Positions 13,466-26,734 are shown, numbered from the stretch's first letter. The stretch: DNA of 64,000 bases from Octopus vulgaris (GCA_951406725.2 OX597839.1:16864001-16928000), one strand, 5' to 3'. The notes: generated by a model not told the origin, from the letters alone. Numbers and translations: made by a program.

Positions 13466-14381
13466 GGGATATATGTATGCGTATGTGTGTGTGTGTTTGT
13501 GTCTATTGTTCCACAACCATTTGACAGTCAGTTATGGTTTGTTTATGTTCTGTAGTTTTTGTTGCAATTATTTTTATTGTTGTTGTTGAGGCTCTTTTAT
13601 TGTTGTCTATTCCCTGATGCTGGTACAACTGCTGTTGTTGTTGTTGTTCATCCCACCCACACTAAATCCTGACCTGGCAGATTTCTCATCACAGACATTA
13701 CATCCATGCCCAGCCAGCCTCTTTTTTTTTTTTTTTTTACATACTTAGTATCCACTGTGTCCTGCCCATATTTCAGACAGGGTGTTAATCAAAAATGCAA
13801 AAAAATGAATTAGCTGCTATTTCTAGCAACCTATGCAACCACATAGAGCCAGCATCATGCGTGAGATAGTGGCCAGTGTATATACGCTATGTTATATTTG
13901 TTAAACTCTTCAGTATGTCCATATTTAATTGATGGCTACAGTAGTGGCTGAAGTGTTGCTGGACAAGGGGCAGTTGGTTGGTAGGTGTTCTTTTAGAGAT
14001 GTATTGTATTTCGGGTTCAACACAGATCAAATATTGACTTCAGTTGTCATTGGACTTGTTGTTTGTTGTTGTTGTTGTGGTTGTTGGTTCTTATTGGTTG
14101 ATTGTTACTATATACTTATTTATGTTTTATGTTTGTGTGTATGTGTTTATATATATGTGTGTGTGTATATAACTCATATGGTTGTAAATATATGTATATA
14201 TTTATATATATGTGTATATATATATACGTATATATAGATATGTATATATGTGTGTATATATATATATATATATACATACATACATACATACATATATATA
14301 TATATACATACATACATATATATATATATACATACATATATATATATATACATACATATATATATATATATATATACATAC

Positions 14382-14454
<73 letters not shown>

Positions 14455-14476
14455 TATATATATATAATATATATAT

Positions 14477-14517
<41 letters not shown>

Positions 14518-15131
14518 TAATATATATATATATATATACATACATATATATATATATACATACATATACATATATATATACATATATATATATATACATA
14601 CATATATATATATATATATCTCTTATTATAAAAGGCAGATTTTATCTGCCTCCCTTTGGGAGTTATACAAATCTACAATATAGGATTTCTTCAATTACAA
14701 TTTACCTTGCATTTTTGAGAGTACAATGCATCGCGTCATGCCAGGTCCAGTTTTTAAAATTTAAACTCCAATTAAGCAAAATTTACAGAAAACTCACATT
14801 CTGGTGTGTGTGTCAAATGCTTTTCTTAGTCTGGTTTACAGCACACGCAAACGCACACACACAGTGGGCAACGAATAAAATGAAAGTAATTGACTTACTG
14901 TAGTGAGTGATTCTTTCACTCTGCCTCCCACTTCCTCTTTCAACACATAGACACGCAAATATATAAATAAAATTGTAAGCTAACGTGCGTGTGTGTGAGT
15001 GGGTGTGTGTGGGTGTGCGCGTGTGTGTGTGTGTGTGAGGGTGCGTGTGTGTGTGTGTGTGTGCGTGTGCGTGAGTGTGTGACAGGAAAGTTTTTTACGA
15101 CGAATATAACACCTATATCCAAGTAGCAGAA

Positions 15132-15505
15132 AGATAAGACAGTAAGGTGTGATTTGAGGGAGATTTGGCTGCTATTTCTACCATGTCTAGCTGCCATGTA
15201 GGGGTCTCCCTCATAGGCTCATACATACATATATACATAGATAAGACAGTAAGGTGTGATTTGGGGGAAATTTGGCTGCTATTTCTACCAGGTCTAGCTG
15301 CCATGTAGGGGTCTCCCTCATAGGCTCATACATACATATATACATAGATAAGACAGTAAGGTGTGATTTGGGGGAAATTTGGCTGCTATTTCTACCAGGT
15401 CTAGCTACCATGTAGAGGTCCCCCTCATTGGCTCATATATATATACATACATAAGACAGTAAGGTGTGATTTGAGGGAGATTTGGCTGCTGTTTCTACCA
15501 GGTCT
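15132..15505. repeat. ~107-bp tandem repeat inside the Helitron (about 3.5 units; one unit fewer at 17192-17458)
   Basis: ATAAGACAGTAAGGTGTGATTTG recurs at about 15133, 15241, 15348 and 15451. Confidence 0.9.
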
Positions 15506-15866
15506 GTTAGGCCTTCTCATGTAAACTCAAGCTTTCTCATGCCTTGAACATAAGACCAAAGCAGAGAATGTATTCTTTTATTCTTCTGCTTTTTCCAGCC
15601 ATTGGTCTGTGGCCATGCTGGGGCAATGCCTTGAAGAATTGTAGTTTAATGAATCAACTCCACTTTTATTTTTGTAAGCATTGTACTTATTCTATCTGTT
15701 TCCTTTGTCAAACCACTAGGTGACAGGGATGTAAACAAACCAACATTCGTTGTCAAGCAGTGGTGGAGGACAATCACAAGCACAGACACGCACACACACA
15801 TACATGCATACACATATACACACATACATACATACATACATATATATATGTGTGTGTATATATATA

Positions 15867-16125
15867 TTGCAGCGTGGAAGGTGTTTGTAAGCCATTTAAG
15901 AAACACACAAAAACCGTTAGATTCACTTCAACATTTAAATTTAATTTGCCAAAATATTTTCCTCGCTTTGAGACCGCGACCTGTTCACTGACAAAAATAT
16001 CGTGCTAACAGGTCGCGGTCTCAAAGCGATGAAAATATTTTGACAAATTAAATTTAAATGTTCAAGTGAATCTAACGGTTTTTGTGTGTTTCTTAAATGG
16101 CTTATAAACACCTTCAACGCTGCAA
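15867..16125. repeat. 119-bp inverted repeat with 21-bp spacer (second copy 17824-18082)
   Basis: Arms 15867-15985 and 16007-16125 are near-perfect reverse complements. Confidence 0.9.
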
Positions 16126-16682
16126 CTGTTTTCGTTCCAGCACACGATCTCAGATCAAGTCACTTGCTATGCAAGTACATCTCTGTAACTATATATATAT
16201 TTATATATATATATATATGTATATTGGTAAAAACAGTAAGATAACAAAAGAAAGAAAGAGACCTCAATATTATGTAAATAGAGGAAATCTTTATATATAA
16301 AAGTGAGGTTGTGTGTCTGTCTCCTACGATTTAGATTCCTAACTACTCCCACATTTTGCGGTGCAGTTTAACCAAAACCGGGTATCTTATAGTCGTGATT
16401 CATATCGAGACCGTCTGGGTATTAGCGCGCGTCTACGATGAGTCTACGATTTAAAAAAAAATTTAACATCAATTTTTCCCATTTTTAATCCATTTTTGAC
16501 ATATATAAGGGAAGTAACTCTCTAAAATTTATTATTAAATCTCAGAACGTAAAAAGCTACAGTAACACCCCTCCCCCTTTGTGGTTAGCCATATTGAGAT
16601 GGCTATTATACTTTACATCTCTAAAAATGCTTATATAATTATTTCCCTTACAAACCCGAGCAACGCCGGGCGATACTGCTAG

Positions 16683-18641
16683 TCTTATTATAAAAGGCAG
16701 ATTTTATCTGCCTCCCTTTGGGAGTTATAGAAATCTACAATATAGGATTTCTTCAATTACAATTTACCTACCATTTTTAAGAGTAGAATGCATCGCGTCA
16801 TGCCAGGTCCAGTTTTTAAAATTTAAACTCCAATTAAGCAAAATTTACAGAAAACTCACATTCTGGTGTGTGTGTCAAATGCTTTTCTTAGTCTGGTTTA
16901 CAGCACACGCAAACGCACACACACAGTGGGCAACGAATAAAATGAAAGTAATTCACTTACTGTAGTGAGTGATTCTTTCACTCTGCCTCCCACTTCCTCT
17001 TTCCACACATAGACACGCAAATATATAAATAAAATTGTAAGCTAACGTGCGTGTGTGTGAGTGTGTGTGTGTGTGTGTGTGCGTGTGTGTGTGTGTGTGA
17101 GGGTGCGTGTGTGTGTGTGTGTGCGTGTGCATGAGAGTGTGACAGGAAAGTTTTTTACGACGAATATAAGACCTATATCCAAGTAGCAGAAAGATAAGAC
17201 AGTAAGGTGTGATTTCAGGGAGATTTGGCTACTACTTCTACCATGTCTAGCTGCCATGTAGGGGTCTCCCTCATAGGCTCATACATACATATATACATAG
17301 ATAAGACAGTAAGGTGTGATTTGGGGGAAATTTGGCTGCTATTTCTACCAGGTCTAGCTACCATGTAGAGGTCCCCCTCATTGGCTCATATATATATACA
17401 TACATAAGACAGTAAGGTGTGATTTGAGGGAGATTTGGCTGCTGTTTCTACCAGGTCTGTTAGGCCTTCTCATGTAAACTCAAGCTTTCTCATGCCTTGA
17501 ACATAAGACCAAAGCAGAGAATGTATTCTTTTATTCTTCTGCTTTTTCCAGCCATTGGTCTGTGGCCATGCTGGGGCAATGCCTTGAAGAATTGTAGTTT
17601 AATGAATCAACTCCAGTTTTATTTTTGTAAGCATTGTACTTATTCTATCTGTTTCCTTTGTCAAACCACTAGGTGACAGGGATGTAAACAAACCAACATT
17701 CGTTGTCAAGCAGTGGTGGAGGACAATCACAAGCACAGACACGCACACACACACACATACATGCATACACATATACACACATACATACATACATACATAT
17801 ATATATATGTGTGTATATATATATTGCAGCGTGGAAGGTGTTTCTAAGCCATTTAAGAAACACACAAAAACCGTTACATTCACTTCAACATTTAAATTTA
17901 ATTTGCCAAAATATTTTCGTCGCTTTGAAACCGCGACCTGTTCACTGACAAAAATATCGTGCTAACAGGTCGCCGTCTCAAAGCGACGAAAATATTTTGA
18001 CAAATTAAATTTAAATGTTGAAGTGAATCTAACGGTTTTTGTGTGTTTCTTAAATGGCTTATAAACACCTTCAACGCTGCAACTCTTTTCGTTCCAGCAC
18101 ACGATCTCAGATCAAGTCACTTGCTATGCAAGTACATCTCTGTAACTATATATATATTTATATATATATATATATATGTATATTGGTAAAAACAGTAAGA
18201 TAACAAAAGAAAGAAAGAGACCTCAATATTATGTAAATAGAGGAAATCTTTATATATAAAAGTGAGGTTGTGTGTCTGTCTCCTACGATTTAGATTCCTA
18301 ACTACTCCTACATTTTGCGGTGCAGTTTAACCAAAACTGGGTATCTTATAGTCGTGATTCATATCGAGACCGTCTGGGTATTAGCGCGCGTCTACGATGA
18401 GTCTACGATTTAAAAAAAAAATTTACCATCAATTTTTCCCATTTTTAATCCATTTTTGACATATATAAGGGAAGTAACTCTCTAAAATTTATTATTAAAT
18501 CTCAGAACGTAAAAAGCTACAGTAACACCCCTCCCCTTTGTGGTTAGCCATATTGAGATGGCTATTATACTTTACATCTCTAAAAATGCTTATATAATTA
18601 TTTCCCTTACAAACCCGAGCAACGCCGGGCGATACTGCTAG
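16683..18641 (+). mobile_element. Composite non-autonomous Helitron, tandem unit 2
   Basis: Near-identical to 14621-16682; starts directly after CTAG; ends CTAG|T at 18638-18642. Confidence 0.8.
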
Positions 18642-18732
18642 TATATATATATACACATATATATACATACATATATATATACATATATATATATACATAA
18701 ATATATATATATATATACACATATATACATAT

Positions 18733-18774
<42 letters not shown>

Positions 18775-18793
18775 ATATATATACATACATATA

Positions 18794-19380
18794 TCATCAT
18801 CATTTAGCGTCCGCTTTCCATGCTAGCATGGGTTGGACGGTTCAACTGGGGTCTGTGAAGCCAGAAGGCTGCATCAGGACCAGTCTGATCTGGCAGTGTT
18901 TCTACGGCTGGATGCCCTTCCTAACGCCAACCACTCCGTGAGTGTAGTGGGTGCTTTTTACATGCCACCCGCACAGGTGCCTGATGGAGCTGGTAAACGG
19001 CCACGAACGGATGGTGCTTTTATGTGCCACCGGCACAGGGGCCAGGCGAGGCTGGCAACGGACACGAGCGGATGGTGCTTTTACATTCCACCGGCATGAG
19101 GCCAGTCGGGGTGGCGCTGGCAGCAGTCACGAACGGATGCTTCTCTTACGTGCCACCGGTACTGGTAACTCAGCTGCAATTTCCATTGATCGATTTCAAT
19201 TCTGATCCTCACTTGCCTCAACAGGTCTTCACAAGTAGCGTTTTGTGTCCCAAGAAGGGAAGGTATGCATACGTAGGCTGGCTCCATCCCATGTAGAAGG
19301 CCACAGGTTATGGTCTCACTTGTCCTGCCGGGTCTTCTCGCGCACAGCATACTTCCAGAGGTCTCGGTCTCTAGTCATGT
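18794..19380 (-). mobile_element. 5'-truncated RTE LINE (end of ORF, 3' UTR, (TGA)n tail)
   Basis: Encodes [20 protein letters not shown], homologous to the end of ORF 58607-58882; flanked by TA-rich microsatellite. Confidence 0.9.
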
Positions 19381-19499
19381 GAGTATATATATGTATGTAT
19401 ATATGTATATATAGATAGATATGTGTATATATATACACAAACAATATATATATACATATACACACACATATGTATATATATATATGTATATGTATATAT

Positions 19500-19549
<50 letters not shown>

Positions 19550-19719
19550 GTATATATATAGATATGTGTATATATATACACAAACAATATATATATACAT
19601 ATATACACACATATGTATATATATATATGTATATATATATGTATATGTATATATATATATATGTATATATATATATGTATATATATATATATGTATATAT
19701 ATATATGCATATATATATG

Positions 19720-19754
<35 letters not shown>

Positions 19755-20270
19755 ATATAAAGATATATATATATAGATATCTGTATTACAATCACACACA
19801 TTTACACAAACATATACATATACAAACAAATTCATTAGAGAAAATAATTATTGCCTGAGCGCCTGAGTGTATCAAGAATGTAAAACGACTGCAGTTGAAA
19901 AGTATATTATAAATACACATTTAACAGTTCATACGTGTGCCTTATTTATTTATATTAAGAAATTTATGTAATAAATTTTGAACATGGAGTTTTTACAGCA
20001 TCAACTATAAGTCATGGACTGCTTTCTGTGGCTTTAAGTCATGTGAGTCTAAGTTGGTTTCAAAGAAGTTGGTATTTACTTGCCAGCTCCTGTATTTAGT
20101 CATGGCCAGCTTTTATGTGGCCTTAAGTTGTACAAGAAGGAAGGAAAACTTAAAAATTCTTTTGAAGGAAAGGAGCAGTCAAGGGATGTTTATTGCGGGT
20201 AGATTTTTCACAAAAAAATTTGGTAATAAAGGAATTATTAAATTAAAATCTTGGTTTTGTGCATTATCTA

Positions 20271-22611
20271 TCTCTTATTATAAAAGGCAGATTTTATCTG
20301 CCTCCCTTTGTCTCTTATAGAAATCTACAATATAGGATTTCTTCAATTACAATTTACCTAGCATTTTTAAGAGTAGAATACATCGGGTCGTGCCAGGTCC
20401 AGTTTTTCAAATTTCAACCCCAATTAAGCAAAATTTCGAGAAAACTCACATTGTGGTGTGTAAGTGAAGTGCTTTTCTTAGTGTGGGCTACAGCACACAC
20501 ACACACACACAAAACCGGAGCGATCTGCTTCACTCACGCTATCACCCTAATTTCTCCTCCTTTCTCTTTGCAAGTGTGCAACGATTAAAGTGAAAGTATT
20601 TATATAAAACGGATCACTCATGCTATCACCCTAATTTCTCCCACTTTCTCTTTGCAAGTGTACCTTAAACCACTACTCAAAAAAAAAAAAACACAGCAAA
20701 CAGAAACAAATAAATACATAACGATTTACTCCTCACACAATTTCTTCAATTAGAGTTTACCTATGATTTTTCAAAGTACTTCCATTCGGTCATGACATAC
20801 AAAATTTCTTTCAATTTCAACCCACATTTCAGAAAAAATTCGAGAAAACTACCATTTCACTTCAAAGCCTTTACTCTGCATATTACTCCCACTTCCTCTT
20901 TACACACATAGACACGCAAATATATAAATAAAATTGTAAGCTAACATGTGTGTGTGTGTGTGTGTGTGTGCGCGTGTGTGTGAGTGTGTGTGTGTGTGCG
21001 TGTGTGTGAGGGTGCATGTGTGTGTGTGTGCGTGTGTGTGAGTGTGTGACAGGGATGAGCCAGTCAGACTGGTCATCCTTTTTGCTACACCACTGGTTTT
21101 CAGTTCATATTCATCAAATTAATATTCACAACAAGAAGGACTATTCATTATTATACATCAGTTCCACACATTTACCCTGCTTCCATTTCGGACAACTGCA
21201 CAAACATTTGCCATTTCACACATGTATGTAAACAAATTCCTTTCTTAAAAATTTCAATTCATTTTCTTTTTCAATTCATACAAAGTTTTTTAGGATGAAT
21301 ATAAGATCTAAAGTATATCCAAATAGCAGAAAGATCGCCCAAAAGTGTATATAGATATTTAAATGTATTTATATATTCATCTATACACAGATGTATGTAT
21401 AATGTGTGTGTATATATTTCCATAGAGGTAACCATTCACTCCATACAAAGTTATTTAGGACGAATATAAGATCTAAAGTATATCCAAGTAGCAGAAAGAT
21501 CGCCCAAAAGTGTATATAGATATTTAAATGTATTTATATATTCATCTATACACAGATGTATGTATAATGTGTGTGTATATATTTCCATAGACGTAACCAT
21601 TCACTCCATACAAAGTTTTTTAGGACGAAAATAAGATCTAAAGTTATCTCTAAGAAAAACAAAGATCGCCCAAAAGTGTATATAGATATTTAAATGTATT
21701 TATATATTCATCTATACACACATGTATGTATAATGTGCATGTATATATTTCCATAGAGGTAACCATTCAATCCATACAAAGTTTTTTAGGACGAAAATCT
21801 TTATATATAAAAGAAAGGTTGTGTGTCTGTCTACTCTGATTTAGATTCCTAACTACTCCCACATTTTGCGTCGTGATTCATATCGAGCCCTTCTGGGTAT
21901 TAGCGCGCATCTACGATGAGTCTACGATTTTACAAATAATTTACCATCATTTTTTTCCATGTTAATGCATATCTTTTAAATAAAGGGAAGTAACTCTCAA
22001 ACTTCACACCAATATGCGTGCTCATATGCGACGTAATATCACATCAGCAGCATTTCCTCACACCCTCCTTGCACTTGGCGAAGCCAAAATACCAGGGGAT
22101 GAAACTGGTAATATTGCCATCGATTCCATTTGTACCTTTGTTAAGACGCCTTCTGATCTCAGAGATGCAGTGTTCCCAGATCTACAAGCTAATTATCAGA
22201 ATATGGATTGGATTGGCCAAAAGGCTATACTGGCTCCGAGGAATAAAATTGTTCACCATATTAATGATGAAATGCTAAAACTCATTCCTGGGGAAGTCTA
22301 TGTATATCAGTCTATCGATACAACTCCTGACCCAGAGGACGTCATCAACTATCCAATAGAGGTACTCAATTCCTTTGAGCACCCCGGACTACCACCACAC
22401 TTTCTCAAACTTAAAGTTGGTGCCCCTATAATGCTCATCAGATATTTGGTTCCCTCAAAACAATGCAATGGCACACGTTTGATCGTTAAGTCCTTATCTC
22501 CCACCGTAAACTTATATCAATATTTGCCTGAATAATCATCATAATTCAGTGCAATCATTAACAGTACTTTCAAGCAATTCAGCCCCGAGCAACGCCGGGC
22601 AATTCTGCTAG
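20271..22611 (+). mobile_element. Composite Helitron carrying a helicase fragment
   Basis: Same 5' end as 14619 (A|TCTCTTATTATAAAAGGCAG); three 165-bp tandem units at 21278-21797; internal TC start at 21798; hairpin plus CTAG|T at 22608-22612. Confidence 0.85.
22014..22535 (+). pseudogene. Fragment of Helitron RepHel PIF1-family helicase
   Basis: AILAPRN..V..IN, YP.EVLNS....GLPPH.LKLKVGAPIMLIR and CNGTRL motifs; truncated at both ends. Confidence 0.9.
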
Positions 22612-22971
22612 TATATATATAAACGGCAAAATGTCTGTGTGCGTGTCCTTTATACAAATCCACAATTTTTCAGTTACAGGGCTCGCACTTTCTATGGTCA
22701 TTCAAAACCGTCCAAGGGTGGTCATGCACATCTTTACATTTCCCCAGTCACCCCGCAAAGCCATTAAAAAATCAATAGAAGTGACTTTTTTGTGAATTTT
22801 CTATCCAAAACCCAATCAAAATGCCCGAAGCTTGATACGTCAATTGAATGCCAGCTAGTTGTATGTGATTGGTCGGAGATTTGGACAGTACTCGTGTGTA
22901 TGTGCGCATGCATGCAGCTGAATATGCATGCACTAGCACTATGATCCGGCAACGCCGGGTCATAGTGCTAG
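22612..22971 (+). mobile_element. Short non-autonomous Helitron (family C)
   Basis: TATATAAA..GTCTGTGTG 5' part; terminal palindrome ending CTAG|T; second copy at 60811-61172 on the minus strand. Confidence 0.75.
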
Positions 22972-23549
22972 TTTACATATAAAATCCTACAATTAGACAT
23001 CATTTTTGATGGCACGGGGGCCAGCTAGTACTTAATGTATTCCATTATTTTATTTATACTATACACCTCAACTGTTTTTGAATTAGCACAAGCTTTCTAT
23101 GGTTTCCTCATGAGTCGCTCAAGTTGAACTACCCTTTTAACCTGGAGTATCAGCAAGATCCACTGTCGGGAAATAAGAGTTCGAAATCACATGATACGGA
23201 TATATCTGTTTACTTCATTTTGTGAGTTCATTTCACCATAGAAAGGTGCTTTTGCTCACTCCCTTGCTTTTTGTCAATCTTATGATGTTAGTGCTTTGTG
23301 TGACTATTGAGTCACCTTTGACTCTTATTTCTAGCAATGCTGGTACGATTTTTGTACCATTGTTTATCAATTTGCCTTTAGGTTTTAATTGCTAATGGAC
23401 CACCTATATTATAATATATTTAATATATTATATTATTTTATTTATACTGTATATATGTTTGTGTGTGTATATCTATATATATATATATATATATACACCC
23501 TCTCTCTCTCTTTGGGAGAGGCACAAGCACCTACACGCACATATGCACA

Positions 23550-23710
23550 CACGGCAGTTACTTCCACCTACCGAATTCAATCACAAAGCTCCGGTCAGCT
23601 CGGGGCTATAGTGAAAGACACTTACCCAAAGTGCCACGCAGTGGGACTGAACCCGAAACCATGTAGCTAGAAAGCAAGCTCCCTAACCACACAGCCATGC
23701 CCGCGCCTAT
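23550..23710 (-). mobile_element. tRNA-derived CORE-type SINE, 5' part
   Basis: Homologous to 13310-13465; head GGCGCGGGCATGGCTGTGTGGTTAG. Confidence 0.8.
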
Positions 23711-23837
23711 ATAAAATTGGCCTGCTCGCTTAGCCAGCGGGATGGCGTCGTTCGAAGGCTAAAACAATGCGAACGCATTATGACCAGCGATGTGTAGCAA
23801 CATCTGATGGTCTGTGAATATATAAAATAATAAATGC

Positions 23838-24093
23838 GTGAATATATAAAATAATAAATGCGCCCTTTTAAAGCCTAGCCAGGCTCGTGGGCCCAGTTTC
23901 CCAGTTTCTATGGCGTATGTGTTCCCCAGCTGGATGGGACACCAGTCCATCGCAGCGTTACTCATTTTTGGACTGGAGCAATGTGAAATGAAGTGTTTTG
24001 CTCAAGAACACAACGCATCGCCCGGTCCAGGAATCAAAACCACAATCTTACGATCATGATGCTGATACCCTAACCACTAAGCCACATGCCTCC
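23838..24093 (-). mobile_element. tRNA-derived SINE with V-domain-like segment
   Basis: Head GGAGGCATGTGGCTTAGTGGTTAG..TTGATTCC and CTGCGATGGACTGG.GTCCCATCCAG segment; V-domain call is from memory; related head at 47880-47992. Confidence 0.65.
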
Positions 24094-24429
24094 AGACACA
24101 CACATATATATATACCAGAAAAATCAAATGTTATGTAATGAACTTCATTAGCTTAGAGCTGTTTCTGCTATAAAATGTGGTGGACTCTTAGTTGAGTACC
24201 AGGATAACGTCCTATAGCTTAATCAGAGTTTTGAATATGAAGTGTGTTTTATTTGGGAATGTTACATTTTCAGTACATAGAGGTGTGATATATGTTCTGA
24301 AAATCTAATTTTCACAAGTTACATTAGATCAGGCTATTGGGTAGCTTCATCCAGGGACCTCCACAATGAGGTCGAGACACTGCACAGTCTTGAAGTCCCT
24401 TTATGTCACTGAACAAGTGAATCAGTAAA

Positions 24430-24635
24430 ATTCACTCATGCTGGTGTTACGTAAATACACCCATGCAGTGGATTGTGGAAAACATCCAGAACACACTGTA
24501 AAGTGGTTCGCATTAAGGACACCCAGCTATAGAAACCATGCCAAAACAGACAGCTGGACAGCTTTCCAGTAGGCCAGCTCCTGTCAAATCACCCAACCCA
24601 TACCAGCATGGAAAACATGTTAAATGATGATGATA
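24430..24635 (+). mobile_element. Diverged RTE-type 3' tail (LINE or SINE)
   Basis: CAACCCAT.CCAGCATGGAAAAC..GTTAAATGATGATGA matches the RTE 3' ends in this window. Confidence 0.7.
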
Positions 24636-24649
24636 TATATATATATATA

Positions 24650-24975
24650 ATTTAATAAACACAATATGTTTTTATGTGCTATGGTTAGTTTCATGATCTG
24701 AGAACATGCCAAACATTGTTTTGTAAAATGTCTGGTGTCCAATCCCAGCACAATCATCTGACACTGCCTACATGACATACCAAACAAATGCCAAGTGGGT
24801 AGTGTCTGATGATTGTGCTGGGACACTAGATATGTTATAGAATAACATTTGGTATGTACTCAGCACATAAAAGTAATAGCAGCACATAAAAACATATTCT
24901 GTTTATTAAATAATATTTATTTCACACCAGATGGAGTACTTTTTTTTGTTAATCTTACCATCATGGAACAGTACA
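24650..24975. mobile_element. Imperfect palindromic element with hammerhead-like core (putative Penelope pLTR derivative)
   Basis: Inverted arms 24650-24911; CTGATGA at 24806; one-sided tail shared with 55545-55610 and 63008-63060. Confidence 0.55.
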
Positions 24976-25138
24976 GACACATTTTTTTCTCTCCTTGTTT
25001 CTCTCCCTGTTTCTTTCTGTGTTCCTTTCTGTGGAAGAGCGTAGGCTCGAAACGTTAAAGACTTTTTGAATTCCCAAGCGTTATACTAATACACCTGTCT
25101 TCGTCTTTTGTTTTTTTTGTAAATTCTCCCTACATATT

Positions 25139-25169
<31 letters not shown>

Positions 25170-25194
25170 ATAAATTAATAATAAAATATTAGGT

Positions 25195-25247
<53 letters not shown>

Positions 25248-25363
25248 CATATATATGTGTGTGTGTATATATATATATATATGTATAAGTGTATATATAT
25301 GTACATATATGTGTCTATGTATATACGCACATGTAGATGTATGTATATATTTACATCTATCTG

Positions 25364-25400
<37 letters not shown>

Positions 25401-25959
25401 ATATATATATTACTGTTCCATTATCAGTAGGATACAAAAGAAAAGTTACTCTTTCAGTAAGAGATAAATATTATTTGATATACACAGATTTGAATCTGAG
25501 TTATTTATAGTTTCATGCTGTGGTAACACAACATGGAATTGTATGTTATGCCTTGTGCCTTCAGGCTTGATTGTGCAACATAGTTAGCCCTTTAGATATA
25601 AATGAATATATAAATATATATATATATATATCTTTACATATTCTGTGTACAACTGGATGTATGACTACTATTGCTGTCACTGTAGCATAGGTTGCAAATA
25701 ACCACAATAGGAAATCATATATGGAGAACAAATGATATAAATTTGTTGATCATAATTTCTTATATCTATCTGTCTGTCTGTCTGTCTATCTGCCAGCCAG
25801 ACTGCCCGTCTGTCTGTCTGTCTATCCATCCATCCATCCATCTGTGTTCATCTTGTTGTATGGGTGTATGTATATATATATATATATATATATATTTGTA
25901 GATATATTTGTAGATATTTATAAAGTGTATATATATGTATATTAACATACATGTATATA

Positions 25960-26030
<71 letters not shown>

Positions 26031-26086
26031 GTATGTATATATTTATGTATATACATATATATGTGTGTGTGTATATATATATATAA

Positions 26087-26133
<47 letters not shown>

Positions 26134-26193
26134 TATGCATATGTTCATACTTGTTTAAATGCACATATGTGTGAGTGTGTGTGTTTGTATGTA

Positions 26194-26237
<44 letters not shown>

Positions 26238-26592
26238 GACACACAAAATTGTTGTGCCGTATGAAAAGAGAGAAGTAGATGGATTCACACATTAAAATAT
26301 AATGCAGTTGACTGGATGTTTTGGCAAGCCAAAGGGGTTAAACAAAGGATATTGTATTACAGAATAAGGTCTGTTAATTAACTCGTCTGATTCAAATGTT
26401 GCGCACCAATGCACATGATGTGATGCAATGATGTTGTTTATATGCAGCAGTGTAGCTATTAAAGATAAAGCCACCCTTGATTTTTTTTAAACAACATTTA
26501 CAATGACATAAACCCACACATAAAACATGTCAGTACTTGTACACAAATATACACACACATACATACATATACATAGACATACACACACATAT

Positions 26593-26631
<39 letters not shown>

Positions 26632-26660
26632 TAGATATGCATACATACATATATATACAT

Positions 26661-26695
<35 letters not shown>

Positions 26696-26734
26696 GATAG
26701 ATATATAGATATGCATACATACATATATATACTG

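Larger units (their letters stand above)
14619..16682 (+). mobile_element. Composite non-autonomous Helitron, tandem unit 1
   Basis: A|TC start; subterminal GC-rich hairpin CCCGAGCAACGCCGGG; terminal CTAG at 16679-16682; second internal TCTTTATATATAAAA start at 16288. Confidence 0.8.
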
